A stretch of 63,896 bases of DNA, filler included, from Octopus bimaculoides (Eukaryota), in NCBI RefSeq assembly GCF_001194135.2. It is 6 parts of 6 records of this genome, joined end to end, with 100 filler letters (N's around TTAATTAATTAA, not from the genome) between each part and the next. Parts side by side here need not be neighbours in the genome. Positions count along the whole stretch, not along the records: positions 36,200 to 38,585 come from NC_068989.1; positions 38,686 to 61,509 come from NC_068981.1; 4 more parts are not named here. The stretch is one strand, 5' to 3'. Of this stretch, positions 37,595-50,169 are shown piece after piece. Below the pieces are notes generated by a model. It made no database searches, was not told the DNA's origin, and worked only from the letters and a program-made list of their open reading frames with translations. The first letter of the stretch is position 1. Each line of letters starts with the position of its first letter. Both the position numbers and the translations under genes were made by a program.

Positions 37595-39241
37595 ACATGT
37601 AAGCCGGGAGAAAATGTTTATATATATATATATATTACCTTTGTGAATTGTGTGTAGGTTTGTGTATACACACACGCAAACACTGGCAAAAAAGTAAATT
37701 TACCTAGTGGTGTTTATTCTGAATGTGTTGCTGCATCATCACCCGCTTCTCATTAACGCCTCCGAGAAGAAAAATTAAAGAAAGGAAAAAAAGTAAAACA
37801 AACACAAAGAAAACAAAACAATACGCTAGCGAACCTAATATTAAGAAAATGCATGATTTAGAATTAAAAATAAATAAAAACAAATCAAAAACCAAACAGA
37901 AAACAATACAAAACATGGAAACTAATGGAATGTATATACAATAGAAACCTCACTGGAGATGTGCTAAATTTGGTATAATAATATATCAATGTTCATTGGA
38001 ACCATCATTTGAAATGATGCCGAATCAAATAAATTGGTAAGTTAGTTCTGCTAAGATAAGCCTGTGTTCAATAGAGCGGAAGGATTGATATTAAGATTAA
38101 AAAAAGAGATTGAATTTAGGCAATATTTTAATCGTACTTTTGTTTTGCCGCTTTATTCTTTTTGCCATTTCGCAATTATATGCAGCGGTATTTTGGCAGG
38201 AGACGCATGACGTATTTAATTTTCTTATCGAGAAGACACGTGCGTGCGTACGCGCGAACAAACACACAAACACACAAACTCAGACACAAACACACACACA
38301 CACACACATGCACATACACACACATATTTATCTACGTTGAAACNNNNNNNNNNTAGAGCGGAAGGATTGATATTAAGATTAAAAAAAGAGATTGAATTTA
38401 GGCAATATTTTAATCGTACTTTTGTTTTGCCGCTTTATTCTTTTTGCCATTTCGCAATTATATGCAGCGGTATTTTGGCAGGAGACGCATGACGTATTTA
38501 ATTTTCTTATCGAGAAGACACGTGCGTGCGTACGCGCGAACAAACACACAAACACACAAACTCAGACACAAACACACACACACACNNNNNNNNNNNNNNN
38601 NNNNNNNNNNNNNNNNNNNNNNNNNNNNNTTAATTAATTAANNNNNNNNNNNNNNNNNNNNNNNNNNNNNNNNNNNNNNNNNNNNATATATATATATATA
38701 TATATATATACATACATACATACACACACATACCACACACATGCATACACAGGTATATACATATACATATATATATAAATACAGACATGTGTGTGTGTGT
38801 ATACGTATGTATATATATTTGTATGTATACAGGTTTGTATATTTGTTTAAGCTTACATATGCACAAGTTGTATATCCGTATGTGTGTGTGTGTGTGCATG
38901 TGTATGTACGTGTGTGTATGCATGTTTATGTATGTATGCGCGTGTACGTGTGTGAGTGTGCGTGTGTGTTTGTATGTGTGTGTTTAAGTACATCATATAA
39001 ACAGATACTAACAATCATAAATGCACACACATATAAGTTAGTGTATGTCCAACGAATGCATGAGTCTACGCGCTCACCCAACTGCGAGAAATGCCAGCCA
39101 AATCTCCTTGAAATGGAACGTAACCGTTTTTAATAAAAGGAACAATACGTGTCACGATGATGTCATAGATAGTCTTAGAAGATGGGATGGTTATCACTGA
39201 AACACGCTTGATGACAAATCTACTCGAGCAGGGTTGACTTG

Positions 39242-39457
39242 TAACTCTTCAGTATTCAAATCGGACATGTCAGGCCCAAATATTCTTCCTGTTCTATGTT
39301 CAAACTGGATAGGACAGGCCTCTTACACTAAAATAAACTAAACAATGACACCATTAAAATTTCAAAGCTGTGGGATAATGTATGACAAATTCAAAACCAT
39401 CTGAATAAATAAATGTAACATTTAACAGAGTAATCTGAAGGCTAAAGTAAAGGTTAA
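39242..39457. mobile_element. Degenerate piggyBac-like MITE
   Basis: Ends resemble TTAA|CCCTTTAGCATT...AATGCTAAAGGG|TTAA but are diverged; recognised from memory of the family. Confidence 0.4.
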
Positions 39458-39464
39458 GATAAAG

Positions 39465-39886
39465 GGTTGCTTTTCCATGGCATATATATTTCGCACCTGG
39501 ACGGGATTCCGGTCCGTCGCAGGATAACTTATTTTTACCAGCTGAGTGTTTGGTTCAAGAACACAACGCGTCACTCGGTCTAGAAATCGAAACAATCATG
39601 AGTCCAACACACTAACCACTAAACCACGTGCCTCCACAAAAGGGTAAAGTTACCTTCCCGAGTCATACCGACTCAGAAGGGCTGGTTCCCATGGTGTATA
39701 AATTCCCACCTGGACGGGACGCCGGTCCGTCTCAGGATTATTTAGTTTTGCTAGCTGAGTGGACTGGAGAAATGTGAAATGAAGTGTTTTGCTCAAGAAC
39801 ATAACACGTCGTCTAGTCTAAGAATCGAAACCACAAACTTAAGATCATGAATTCAACACCCTAACCACTAAGTCACACGCCTCCAC
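39465..39886 (-). mobile_element. Two tandem tRNA-derived SINE copies (family C-type head)
   Basis: Minus heads GTGGAGGC.CGTG..TTAGTGGTTAG.GTGTTG.A.TCATGAT...GTTTCGATT at about 39637 and 39886. Confidence 0.8.
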
Positions 39887-40019
39887 CGAACGCTAGAGGC
39901 TTAAGCAAAATCAGTTTTGCGCAACCCTTTTTGCCTGCCGTAGCTCACAATATTTTCCTTTTACTTGTTTTAGTCATTGAACTGCGGCTACGCTGGAGCA
40001 CCACCTTAGTGGGTTTAGT

Positions 40020-40915
40020 TCAATGGTTGTTGAATATGCGAAGTCCCATTCGAATCGACCTGCAGAAAGAGAATTTGGGGTCTCAGAAAAAATGGTCAGG
40101 GATTGGCGTTTGAAAGGGGAGAAAATGAAATCCGTTGACATCAAATTGTTAAAGAAAATTAGGATAGGAATGAGTTCCAATGAGGAGATGGAGACTATTT
40201 TGAGAGACTGGATGACTGAACCACGTACGAATGGACTTGTCATGAGAAACATTAGATTGCGGGCTCTCCAAGTGACTAAAGAACATGGTATATCCGACTT
40301 TAACGCATCCCTTGGCTGGTGTACGAGGTTTATGAAACGCCACAATCTTACGCTGAGACAGGATTCATATCGCACAGAAATTACCCGCCAACGTAGAGAG
40401 AAAAGTTGATTTCTTCCATCAGTATGTAATAGAGCTACGAAAGAGCCACAAGTTTGCTTTTGGAAGCAATCGGTAATATGAACGAGGCACCTCTTTTTTT
40501 CGATATGGTTGAAACTTGAACAATCGACATAAAAGAGAAAAACAGAATTTCGGTTAAAACTACGGGGCGTAACAAGACCCACTTCACCCCAGTTTTGACT
40601 TGTATGACTGACGGTACGAAATATAGCCGGGTGTCGTTTTCAAAAGAAAGACTTTCCCGAAAGTAAAGTTTCCGAAGGGTATAGTGGTGTGTGTTCAGGA
40701 GAAAAGGTGGGTGGATGAAACTGTATAGACAAACTGGTTAAATGACGTGTGGTTCAAGCGCCCAGAGGCTATGCTTAATTCAAAGTCGCTTCTTGCATGG
40801 GATATGTTCAGGGCTCATCTGATAGACAGCAAAAAAGATAGTTCAAAGGAGCGTCGTACCTACGAAGCTGTGATTCCAGGTGGATGTACATCTGTGCTTC
40901 AGCCAAGTGAAATAA
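40020..40915 (+). mobile_element. pogo/Tigger transposase remnant (Brinker-like HTH + CENP-B HTH + DDE_1)
   Basis: VVEYAKSHSNRPAEREFGVSEKMVRDWR, IRLRALQV..FNASLGWCTRFMKRHNL, IGNMNEAPLFFDM, VKTTGRNKTHFT.VLTC..DG, LLAWDMFRAHL and VIPGGCTSVLQP; frameshifts and stops present. Confidence 0.9.
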
Positions 40916-41055
40916 ATGGATGATTAATGGTGACAAGGAATTGACAAAGGCTGTGAACTTAAGACTGTTTGCCAATGGGGTGATAGATTCACGGGCTGAA
41001 ATACTGAGTGAACTTGTGATGAAATTATAGACATACATACATACATACATACATA

Positions 41056-41090
<35 letters not shown>

Positions 41091-41099
41091 CATAAATAT

Positions 41100-41187
41100 G
41101 TGGAGGCGCAATGGCCCAGTGGTTAGGGAAGCGGACTCGCGGTCATAGGATCGCGGTTTCGATTCCAAGACCAGGCGTTGTGAGTGT
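41100..41187 (+). mobile_element. tRNA-derived SINE head (family B), running into a gap
   Basis: GTGGAGGCGCAATGGCCCAGTGGTTAGGGAAGCGGACTCGCGGTCATAGGATCGCGGTTTCGATTCC. Confidence 0.85.
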
Positions 41188-42201
41188 NNNNNNNNNNNNN
41201 NNNNNNNNNNNNNNNNNNNNNNNNNNNNNNNNNNNNNNNNNNNNNNNNNNNNNNNNNNNNNNNNNNNNNNNNNNNNNNNNNNNNNNNNNNNNNNNNNNNN
41301 NNNNNNNNNNNNNNNNNNNNNNNNNNNNNNNNNNNNNNNNNNNNNNNNNNNNNNNNNNNNNNNNNNNNNNNNNNNNNNNNNNNNNNNNNNNNNNNNNNNN
41401 NNNNNNNNNNNNNNNNNNNNNNNNNNNNNNNNNNNNNNNNNNNNNNNNNNNNNNNNNNNNNNNNNNNNNNNNNNNNNNNNNNNNNNNNNNNNNNNNNNNN
41501 NNNNNNNNNNNNNNNNNNNNNNNNNNNNNNNNNNNNNNNNNNNNNNNNNNNNNNNNNNNNNNNNNNNNNNNNNNNNNNNNNNNNNNNNNNNNNNNNNNNN
41601 NNNNNNNNNNNNNNNNNNNNNNNNNNNNNNNNNNNNNNNNNNNNNNNNNNNNNNNNNNNNNNNNNNNNNNNNNNNNNNNNNNNNNNNNNNNNNNNNNNNN
41701 NNNNNNNNNNNNNNNNNNNNNNNNNNNNNNNNNNNNNNNNNNNNNNNNNNNNNNNNNNNNNNNNNNNNNNNNNNNNNNNNNNNNNNNNNNNNNNNNNNNN
41801 NNNNNNNNNNNNNNNNNNNNNNNNNNNNNNNAGGTCATATATCAGCATTTTCTTTTTTTCCTTTTCTTCTTTTCTTCTTTTTTCCTTTTTCTTTTCTTTT
41901 TCCTCTCTTCCTGTTTTTGATTTGACCTTACAGATACATTCCCAACTTTTACGTCATTTAAAAAAACAACCCTCGATTCAATAACACCATTTACAAACTC
42001 TATGCTTGGAATGACCAATTTTAAATACTATTGGAACTTACTCACAAGGTACAGGAATCTTATATATATATCATTCTGCCAAAATGATGGAACTACAGAT
42101 ACAATATCCCTGCATATCTCACGTCTATTTTCATTCCTCCACTTCACTCTGTATTGCATATCTTATCTAGAATAACTATTGCTTAACCATTCTCTCACAC
42201 C

Positions 42202-42251
42202 GTCTCCGATGAAGGGATGTATATAAAATACCACAGAAACAGCTGTAAGAC
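42202..42251 (+). ncRNA. Minimal type I hammerhead-ribozyme-like motif in a Penelope-like terminal repeat remnant (about 41965-42290)
   Basis: GTCT-CCGATGA-AGGG..CCACA-GAAAC-AGCT-GTA-AGAC: 4-bp stem I, palindromic AGCT in stem III and GUA triplet; stem II partly decayed; C at core position 4. Confidence 0.55.
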
Positions 42252-42469
42252 CTATTTATAAATGTTCTGAAACCTTTCACAGCCTTGGATTTTTATCTCA
42301 TTCTGTTAATGTATATATGTATACATATATATATAAACAATATATGAGTATATGCATATATATGTACATNNNNNNNNNNNNNNNNNNNNNNNNNNNNNNN
42401 NNNNNNNNNNNNNNNNNNNNNNNNNNNNNNNNNNNNNNNNNNNNNNNNNNNNNNNNNNNNNNNNNNNNN

Positions 42470-42506
<37 letters not shown>

Positions 42507-43529
42507 GCAAACATAATGCTTACATACATATATCTATTTATATACATACAGACATATTCATATATATATACATGTGAGTGTATGTGTGTGTGAGCATATA
42601 CATATGTACATATCTGTATGTATCTATATAATGTACAGATATATGTTTATCCTCGCATATTTATACCTATGTATACACATCACACTTGCAGACACAAATG
42701 CACTTCTCTTACACTCTCAGGATTTACACTATCAAGTTCGTTTATATAAAAGCAACACCCAAAATAGTTTGACGTTTTGATACATTTCTATTTAGGACTT
42801 TTTTATCCTTTGAAATATTCCCTTATTTAACTTACTGGTTTACCCGCATATTTCTGGATTAAGATTAAAACTAGTATATGAACAAACGAACGCTTTCATT
42901 TTAAGAATTGGATTTGTAAATCCCCTTCACCCCTACAATTTCTTTACATTTATCTGTCTGTAAAGAACCAACCTCTTCAACCATCATCATCTCCTTATCG
43001 TCGTCATCATCATTATAATTATCATCATCGTCATAATTATCACCATCGTCATCAACTATATCCTACTTGTCGCGATGTGTTCCACCGTTACACTTTTAAC
43101 TGAAAAAAAAAGGAAAAAGAAAAAAATGAACGACTTAACTATGGAACGAAATAATCCAAGTCATTATCCAAATACTTAATATATAAAACCACTTTAAATG
43201 TTATGCTTTAAATGATATAAACTATGGAAGGAAATCGAAGGAACAGTATGAAAAAAATGTTATAAAGATCGATAAATTTGTGCATCAAAATAGAAATACT
43301 TTATTATTATTGTTGATGTTGTCAAGGCGGTTTAGTGGCGAATTTGGTAAAGCACTGGTCCACATTCCTAACAGTAAAGAAAATTAGGCCCCATATGAGC
43401 CTGATACAAACCAAGCAATCAGTTCTGTGGGGTCCTGGTGGCCCTAACAAATATTGTATAACAAAATTTCAAGAATTAACAACTTACGGTTGATGCAACG
43501 AGCGTTTCATTAATACGAATCATAATCTT

Positions 43530-44140
43530 TTCTACTATAGATACAAGGCCTGAAATTTTAGGGAAGGGGACTAGTCGATTACATCGACCCCAGTGTTTCA
43601 CTGGTACTTAATTCATTGACCCCGAAAGGATGAAAGGCAATGTCCACTTCGGCGGAATTTGAACTCAGAACGTAACGACGGACGAAATACCGCTAAGCAT
43701 TTTGCCCGGCGTGCTAACAATTCTGCCAGCTCGCCGAACTATACAAATCATAATAATAGTAATTCTTTCTAATTTTGGCGCAAGGCCAGCAATCTAAGAT
43801 GAGGGGAATGGAGTCAATGAAAGACAAAGTCGATCTCGTTGAAATTTGAACTCAGAACCGGATGAAATGCCACTAAGCATTTTGTCCGGAGCGGTAACGC
43901 TTCTTCCAGCTAATAATGGTAATAGTCTGTTTTGCTAAATGCACAAGACCTGAAATTTAGGGAGAAGTGGCTAGTCGATCACATCGACCCCGGCGATCAA
44001 CTTGCACTTATTTCATCGTCTCCGAAGGATGAAAAACAAAGTCGACCTCGGCGAAATTCGAACTAAAAACGTAAAGCGGGAAGAAACGCCACTAAACATT
44101 TTGTCCGGTGTAATAGCGACTTTGGCAGCTTGCCGCCTTA
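43530..44140 (-). mobile_element. Three tandem SINE family A copies
   Basis: Copies at about 43530-43737, 43770-43910 (internally deleted) and 43925-44140. Confidence 0.85.
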
Positions 44141-46252
44141 CTGCTGCTAAAAGCAATGCCTGTCAAATAAAAAAAAAACACCTAAGGTTGTCGGATGATG
44201 GAACATTACAAGAATAAATTACAGTACGGTGAGTGTTTATGCAGAATCAGCTATGAAAATAAAAAGAAAAAGAACAGGCTTACAAAGCAACAGTATACAA
44301 AAGAAATGCAATGAAACATTCTAGTAGGGACACATCTGGTGCCAGTCAAAGAAGTCCACATATCCAGGATTATCTTGATTACCAAAAGCAACAACCCTAT
44401 ACTGGTCGTATGCTCCAGCCTTCTGGCATATATTGAAAGAAGGTCCATTCACGCGGGTCGTTCTCGCAACTCTCACCCATTGACTTTCAACAAATTTAGT
44501 TCAGAACAACGCCTTCTGCTTCATCTTCAAGTGAAACTTGAAGTTGATAATGGTTTGACCGAAGTGGAAAATGTCTAATCTCAATCTTTTCAGCTGTTTC
44601 CATTCCTTCGCCGTCGTGAAAAAGATCACATCCCGAACAGGTTTGACTAACAGTATTTTCATGTCTGTAGACTATTCCGAACAGGCAATACCCCCACCCC
44701 AGTAGCTTTGTCAGGCCAAAGATTTTTGGAAGTTATCTATAGCCCCAGTGCTGAAAACCTTCTGTGATAAACTCTTCAGTTGACCTTCGTCGACGCCTAA
44801 ACACCCATTGACAATGTCGTCGCTTTTATCCACCCAAGAACCCCCAGAGAAGGCAAAAGTTGATGTAATACCCACTGTTTTGTCCGACGTGTTAAAAACT
44901 ATGAATATCTGACAACATTCCAAATGCCAGTCGCCCGGCCTTGGTCTCCGTTTGAATCACTGCAATCCGTTTCAAATGGACACTCTGTGAGGAAACATAC
45001 TGACGAACGACGACAACAGTTTTAAAAAGAAAATTGCCAAGTATACTTTGCTTAAGGAAAAAAAATTACCAGAGCTGTTTTATCAGGAGTAACTTGAACT
45101 AAATGTATTCTGCAACTGATAAAAGAAAACAATGTCAAATTAATACCAATACAATTGACTCTGTCAACACCAAACAAATACTTGTGTAGTAGACTATGTC
45201 AAGCCACAAATAAGTCTGGGTGGGGTTCTATACATAGACTACATTTCAACACATCGAATGTGTGGTTTTGAGCCCGAGCTGGCAGAATCGTTTGATCGTC
45301 GGGGGTTAAATGCCTTGTGTTTTTTCTTCCAACCCATTACATTGCTTTTACACCCCACCCCCACCGGATTGATAAAACTAGGTACCAGTCAAATGCTGAG
45401 GGCAATGGTATAAACTAATCGCTTCACTTCAAAATTACTGTCTTTGTGCCTAAATTAGAAAGCATTATTATTGTTTAGTAATCATGAGATTGATAGATTG
45501 GCAGATCCGTTAGAGGCTTAAAAAAAAATGCATTGTGGAATTTATTCCGGCTTGTTGCTCTCTGAGTTCAAATCAAGCCAAAGTCAATGGATTAACTGAT
45601 TCCCCAAATTTGTATTCTTGTATCTGTATCATTTTGCCAAAGTAGCTTCTGCTTTTCTGCGTTAGGGAGTCGATAAAACAGCTAGCAGTAATATACTAGT
45701 TTGACTACCTAACTAACTGTTATTTTATCAAATTTTGCTGATCTTATTCGCGTCTGTCAGGATTATTCAATGATTCTGAAGTAGATTTCATCAGAATCAT
45801 TCCAAAATAGATTTTTTTTAAAGTACAAAATGTCAATGTAACCGAAATCTAAAGGGCATCAAAGGAAGTTATATAATTGTGAAGATGGATTATATAGCAA
45901 AAAATTACAATAATTACGAGTTACCAAAATGAAATACTCTAAGTTCTTTGCAAACTTGCTTCATGTACATGGGGGGGGGGGCTCTATCAATCGTCTTGGT
46001 TTAACGCTGCCGCTTAGTTCTTGGATAATTTTAATGGTTTCCTGATCTCTGCCCCTGGTCTATGCTTGCCGATGTGAAGATAACCCATTATTTTGATGCG
46101 TTGCTTCTTCCAGCTGCAACCCATACGTGGTGGTTTCCCTCTTTTTCCATATTCAAGCAGTAAAAGAATAAACGGATAAAAGGATCCCTAATTTACTCGG
46201 GAAAGCCATTGAGATATTTTCTTTCACTAAAATCTGTCTTTGATTATGTAAA

Positions 46253-46265
46253 CCAAAAACTACCA

Positions 46266-46310
<45 letters not shown>
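46253..46310. repeat. (CTA)n microsatellite
   Basis: Seen directly. Confidence 0.95.
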
Positions 46311-46597
46311 ACAAGGTTAGGTCTTCACGGAATGGTGTTTTTAATTTTGGCCTGTCAGAAATACAGCCAAACCTTTCTAATACCATACGCTAACACTTTA
46401 AAAAGTGAAGAGCGCATTGTGCTTTTCGATGCACTGCCGGAACACATTTTTCATCATAGTTCTGTTTGATCAGAGTTGGCCTCGGACTAAACTACAACAA
46501 TAACCACTTTCTTCTTTAGTCAAGATAAAAATAAAAAATTTTAATGCTTCTTCATTTTTTTGTTTGTTCTTTTTATTCAAATCTATTTTACTTGCAG

Positions 46598-46704
46598 GTT
46601 GCTAGTTGGAGCCCCGAATGAACCTTTGATACGGGGAGAAAATAGTTTCTATCAATGCGATATCCAACGGATTGGTTGTCAGAGATTTCTCAATTCATAT
46701 TCAG
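46598..46704 (+). CDS. Internal coding exon of a probable integrin alpha subunit (first beta-propeller / FG-GAP repeat)
   Basis: Acceptor TCTATTTTACTTGCAG|G and donor CAG|GTAAGA; 107 bp, phase 2 in and phase 1 out; encodes LLVGAPNEPLIRGENSFYQCDIQRIGCQRFLNSYS, matching the integrin alpha LLVGAP...G.(V/L)Y.C....C pattern. Single exon only; no paralogue assignment possible. Confidence 0.72.
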
Positions 46705-46764
46705 GTAAGAAATTTTTTGATTTCTGTAAAGTTCACGAAACCATTTATCTTTTATCTTTCACTT

Positions 46765-46925
46765 GTTTCAGTTATTGGATTGCAGCCATTCTGGGGCACA
46801 ACCTTGTAGAAATTTAGTCGAACGGATCGACCCCAGTTCTTATATTTTAAGGCCAGATACTTTTGCCGAACTACTAAATTACGAGAACGTAAACCACCAA
46901 CACCGGCTGTCAAGCGGTGGTGGCG

Positions 46926-46980
<55 letters not shown>

Positions 46981-47152
46981 GCACGCACGCACACGTGTAT
47001 ATGACGGGATTCTTTCAGTTTCCGTCAACCAAATCTACTCACAAGGCTTTGGTCGGCCCGAAGCTATAGTAGAACACACTTGCCCAAGTGAACCCGGGAC
47101 ACCAATTAGTTGGAAAGCAAACTTCTTACCACACAGCCACGTCTGCGCCTAT
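46765..47152 (-). mobile_element. Near full-length tRNA-derived SINE (family D) with an internal (CA)n run
   Basis: Minus head ATAGGCGCAGACGTGGCTGTGTGGTAAG...CCCGGGTTCAC; (CA)n at about 46933-46990; the 3' end matches 20420-20530. Confidence 0.85.
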
Positions 47153-48814
47153 AGAAAAATGTCACTTGCCACTTTGTTTGTTTTTTAAACCCTGGTACTT
47201 ATCTCTAGTTTTCTTAGCTATAAGTGGTTGAGAGATTTATATTTGGTCTACGGGGGAGGGGTAGCTTTTCCCATAGGATAGAAATTGAAGTCGGTTTTAG
47301 ATTTAAAAAATTTTATCAGTCCCTTGTTTCTACAAATCGATTATTCATGTAAACTATATTCTAACAGTCTATCAAACACCCCCAGTCTCTGTGACCTCAT
47401 AGGTAAACACCTCAGTGCACTGGGTCACGTGACAGTTAGGTAACGTGACCGCGACAAAAGCAGCGAATTAGCAGTCATGAAATGTCAAAATAAAGCACCA
47501 GTCTACGATGGTGGACTAGCATCTCTTTATAGCATCGGGCGGAAAACGTTATGGACTACTTTGCTGATAGCATTCGAGCCAATTTGGCTTCGGTTTGAGG
47601 ATGCCTTTCTCCCTCTCAACAGACTCGAAGACTCTGTTATGAGTCATGGAAATCACCTGCTCTCCCGACTAAGCAATAAAAGAGAAAAAGAAAAAGAAAA
47701 CACGAACCATTGAGTTCTTGGTTGTTCCTCATCTTTCGGTCACCAATTAGAGCATTATTTGATTTTGTTATTATCAAGCACAAACATTAAATATATTTCT
47801 CATATCACGATAAAGCTATAACGATGAAACTGCCCAAATGGCAATGAAACTGCCCCTAAACATTAACGTATTACAAGGACAAATTCAGCTAGCCAACCAG
47901 GAAATGTAGCCAAATTACCTTCAAATTACACTGCTTCATATTAAAAGGACACATTAATCATGTTTTCCTACATGGCCCCTAAAAAGGGAATACTTTTCAC
48001 CATTGAAGTGTTAGATCAGGGTTGACCAGAAGGATAAGCAAATCCAATTCATTCAAAGATATGATACAACGTAGAGCATTAAGCTTTCAAGTAACCCAAA
48101 TCATATTACGATGTATGGAGCCTAAGGTCTTTAGATATGGAAATGCTTCAAACACGAACACCTCGTAAACATTCCAAACGTCCTTTACTTGTACACTACT
48201 CACTCTTCTTGAGTGGCAATTAATACTTGGGCCCTTGCGTTTCCTGCTCATTTCACTAAGATAGTATGTTTAGCAGCTGATTATATTTATACAGTGGAAG
48301 CTACGTGAAGTCATCGATTTCGGACGAAGACTTTTAGAGTAATAACCGGTTGATAGCATTAAACAAAGGATCTCGTTGGATTCTGAGTGTATTTGATACT
48401 TATTTTGATAACGATAACGTTTGTAAATATCACCAGTGACTAGAATTAGTGGCTTCCATTGAATTTGAAATGCTAGCTTTGGTCTAATCGCTTTTTCTCT
48501 TTTTGTTTTTTTGCTTTTGTTATAAGAGGGCTGTTGGGTTTGTTGCATAATAGAACAATGTAGTTGTGTTGGTGTCTTGTTCAGTTTGTCCTTCAGATAT
48601 CAAAAGCTTTTACATATATTCGTAGGTTTATGTCGCACTCACATCTACTAATAACATTTAGAACAGTGTTTGCTTCTCAAGGTGTGGGCGTAGAAATATT
48701 TTTGTGGGATGGCGAGTTACTTCAGAATAGGCCTAAGTAATAAGTGAATAAAAACAGAAAATTTAAGGAAAATTTCTTATACACACACAGATACACACAA
48801 ACACAATACATACA

Positions 48815-48854
<40 letters not shown>

Positions 48855-49324
48855 NNNNNNNNNNNNNNNNNNNNNNNNNNNNNNNNNNNNNNNNNNNNNN
48901 NNNNNNNNNNNNNNNNNNNNNNNNNNNNNNNNNNNNNNNNNNNNNNNNNNNNNNTATATATATATATATATATATATAACAAAGTAAAGTTGTGGGCTAC
49001 CGCACGAGTCAAAATATAAGGAAAAGAATCTGAAAATACAGAAGTCTTTTAAAAATATTTATTAACTTAACCCGTTTCACTTACTTTACAGAATAACTAT
49101 ACTATAAAGACAGGGAACATCTCTGTGTGTATGTGCACACTTTTTCTTATCATTGTTAAAGACTCTATTACTTGATTTGAATACATTTATGTAAACTAAT
49201 TTTTGACACCACAGAAGATACACAAAGCCTCATACTTTACTTTTGGAAATCTTTCTAAATAATTGAAACCGGTTAAGTCAATAAATACCTTTAAAAGATT
49301 CCTGCATTTTCAGATTCTTTACTT

Positions 49325-49357
<33 letters not shown>

Positions 49358-50131
49358 TTATATACATATGTATGGGTATGCGCCGTTACGTATGCAAACA
49401 CACACGCGCGCGCGGAGACCTGCACATACACACAGAGATATTCCCTGCCTTTGTAGTATAGTTATTCTTTAAAGTTTAAGCTCAAAAGACTTGTGTCTCA
49501 CTATCTGTAAAATTCATAAACTACTAAGATCCCGTGCTGATTGACATACCGGAAATTAAGAAATAAAATATTAAATAATAAAACAAACAAATACGCAAGA
49601 AAGCCAAAACAAACAAAAAGGCAAAATACATAGTTGATAACATATATCCGCGTAGATGGAAATGATGTATACTGTGCGTTTGCTAGAAAAAAGAGGAAGG
49701 GTAGCTTTACTTTTTTAGTTACTTTTACAGAATATTTTCTCTTCTGTATTTCTGAATAAAATACTGCATCAAAAGACTTCACTTATAAACATTTACGTTA
49801 TTATGTATGCATATGTGTTAGTGTGTATTTGTGCATTTGAAGTGTGGGTGAAATTCTCTGGTAGGTCAGAGACTAAATATCATCAGCCTGTTGTTTGTTG
49901 TTTCTTTTTTGTTGTTTTTGGAACATTTACAAAAGTCCACTAAAATATATTCTGTAGATATAAACGTTATCTCATTTTGTCACGTTATAAGGGAACGTTA
50001 GGGAAAGGAGAGAGGGAGAGAAGAGGGAGAAGAGAAAAAAGAGAGAGAAAGAAAGATGAAAGAGAGAACTAAGCTAATGATTAATGCTTTCTCATTCTTC
50101 GTTAGCATTCTGAAGAAATAGTAAAACGGTG

Positions 50132-50169
<38 letters not shown>

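Noticed and set aside
38072-38585. Near-exact direct duplication of about 235 bp (from 38072 and from 38354)
   Set aside because: The copies sit either side of a 10-N gap and the second starts at the gap edge; typical unmerged contig overlap.
47420-47452. GTCACGTGAC E-box palindrome within a short inverted repeat
   Set aside because: A single motif with no promoter context visible; likely part of a repeat.
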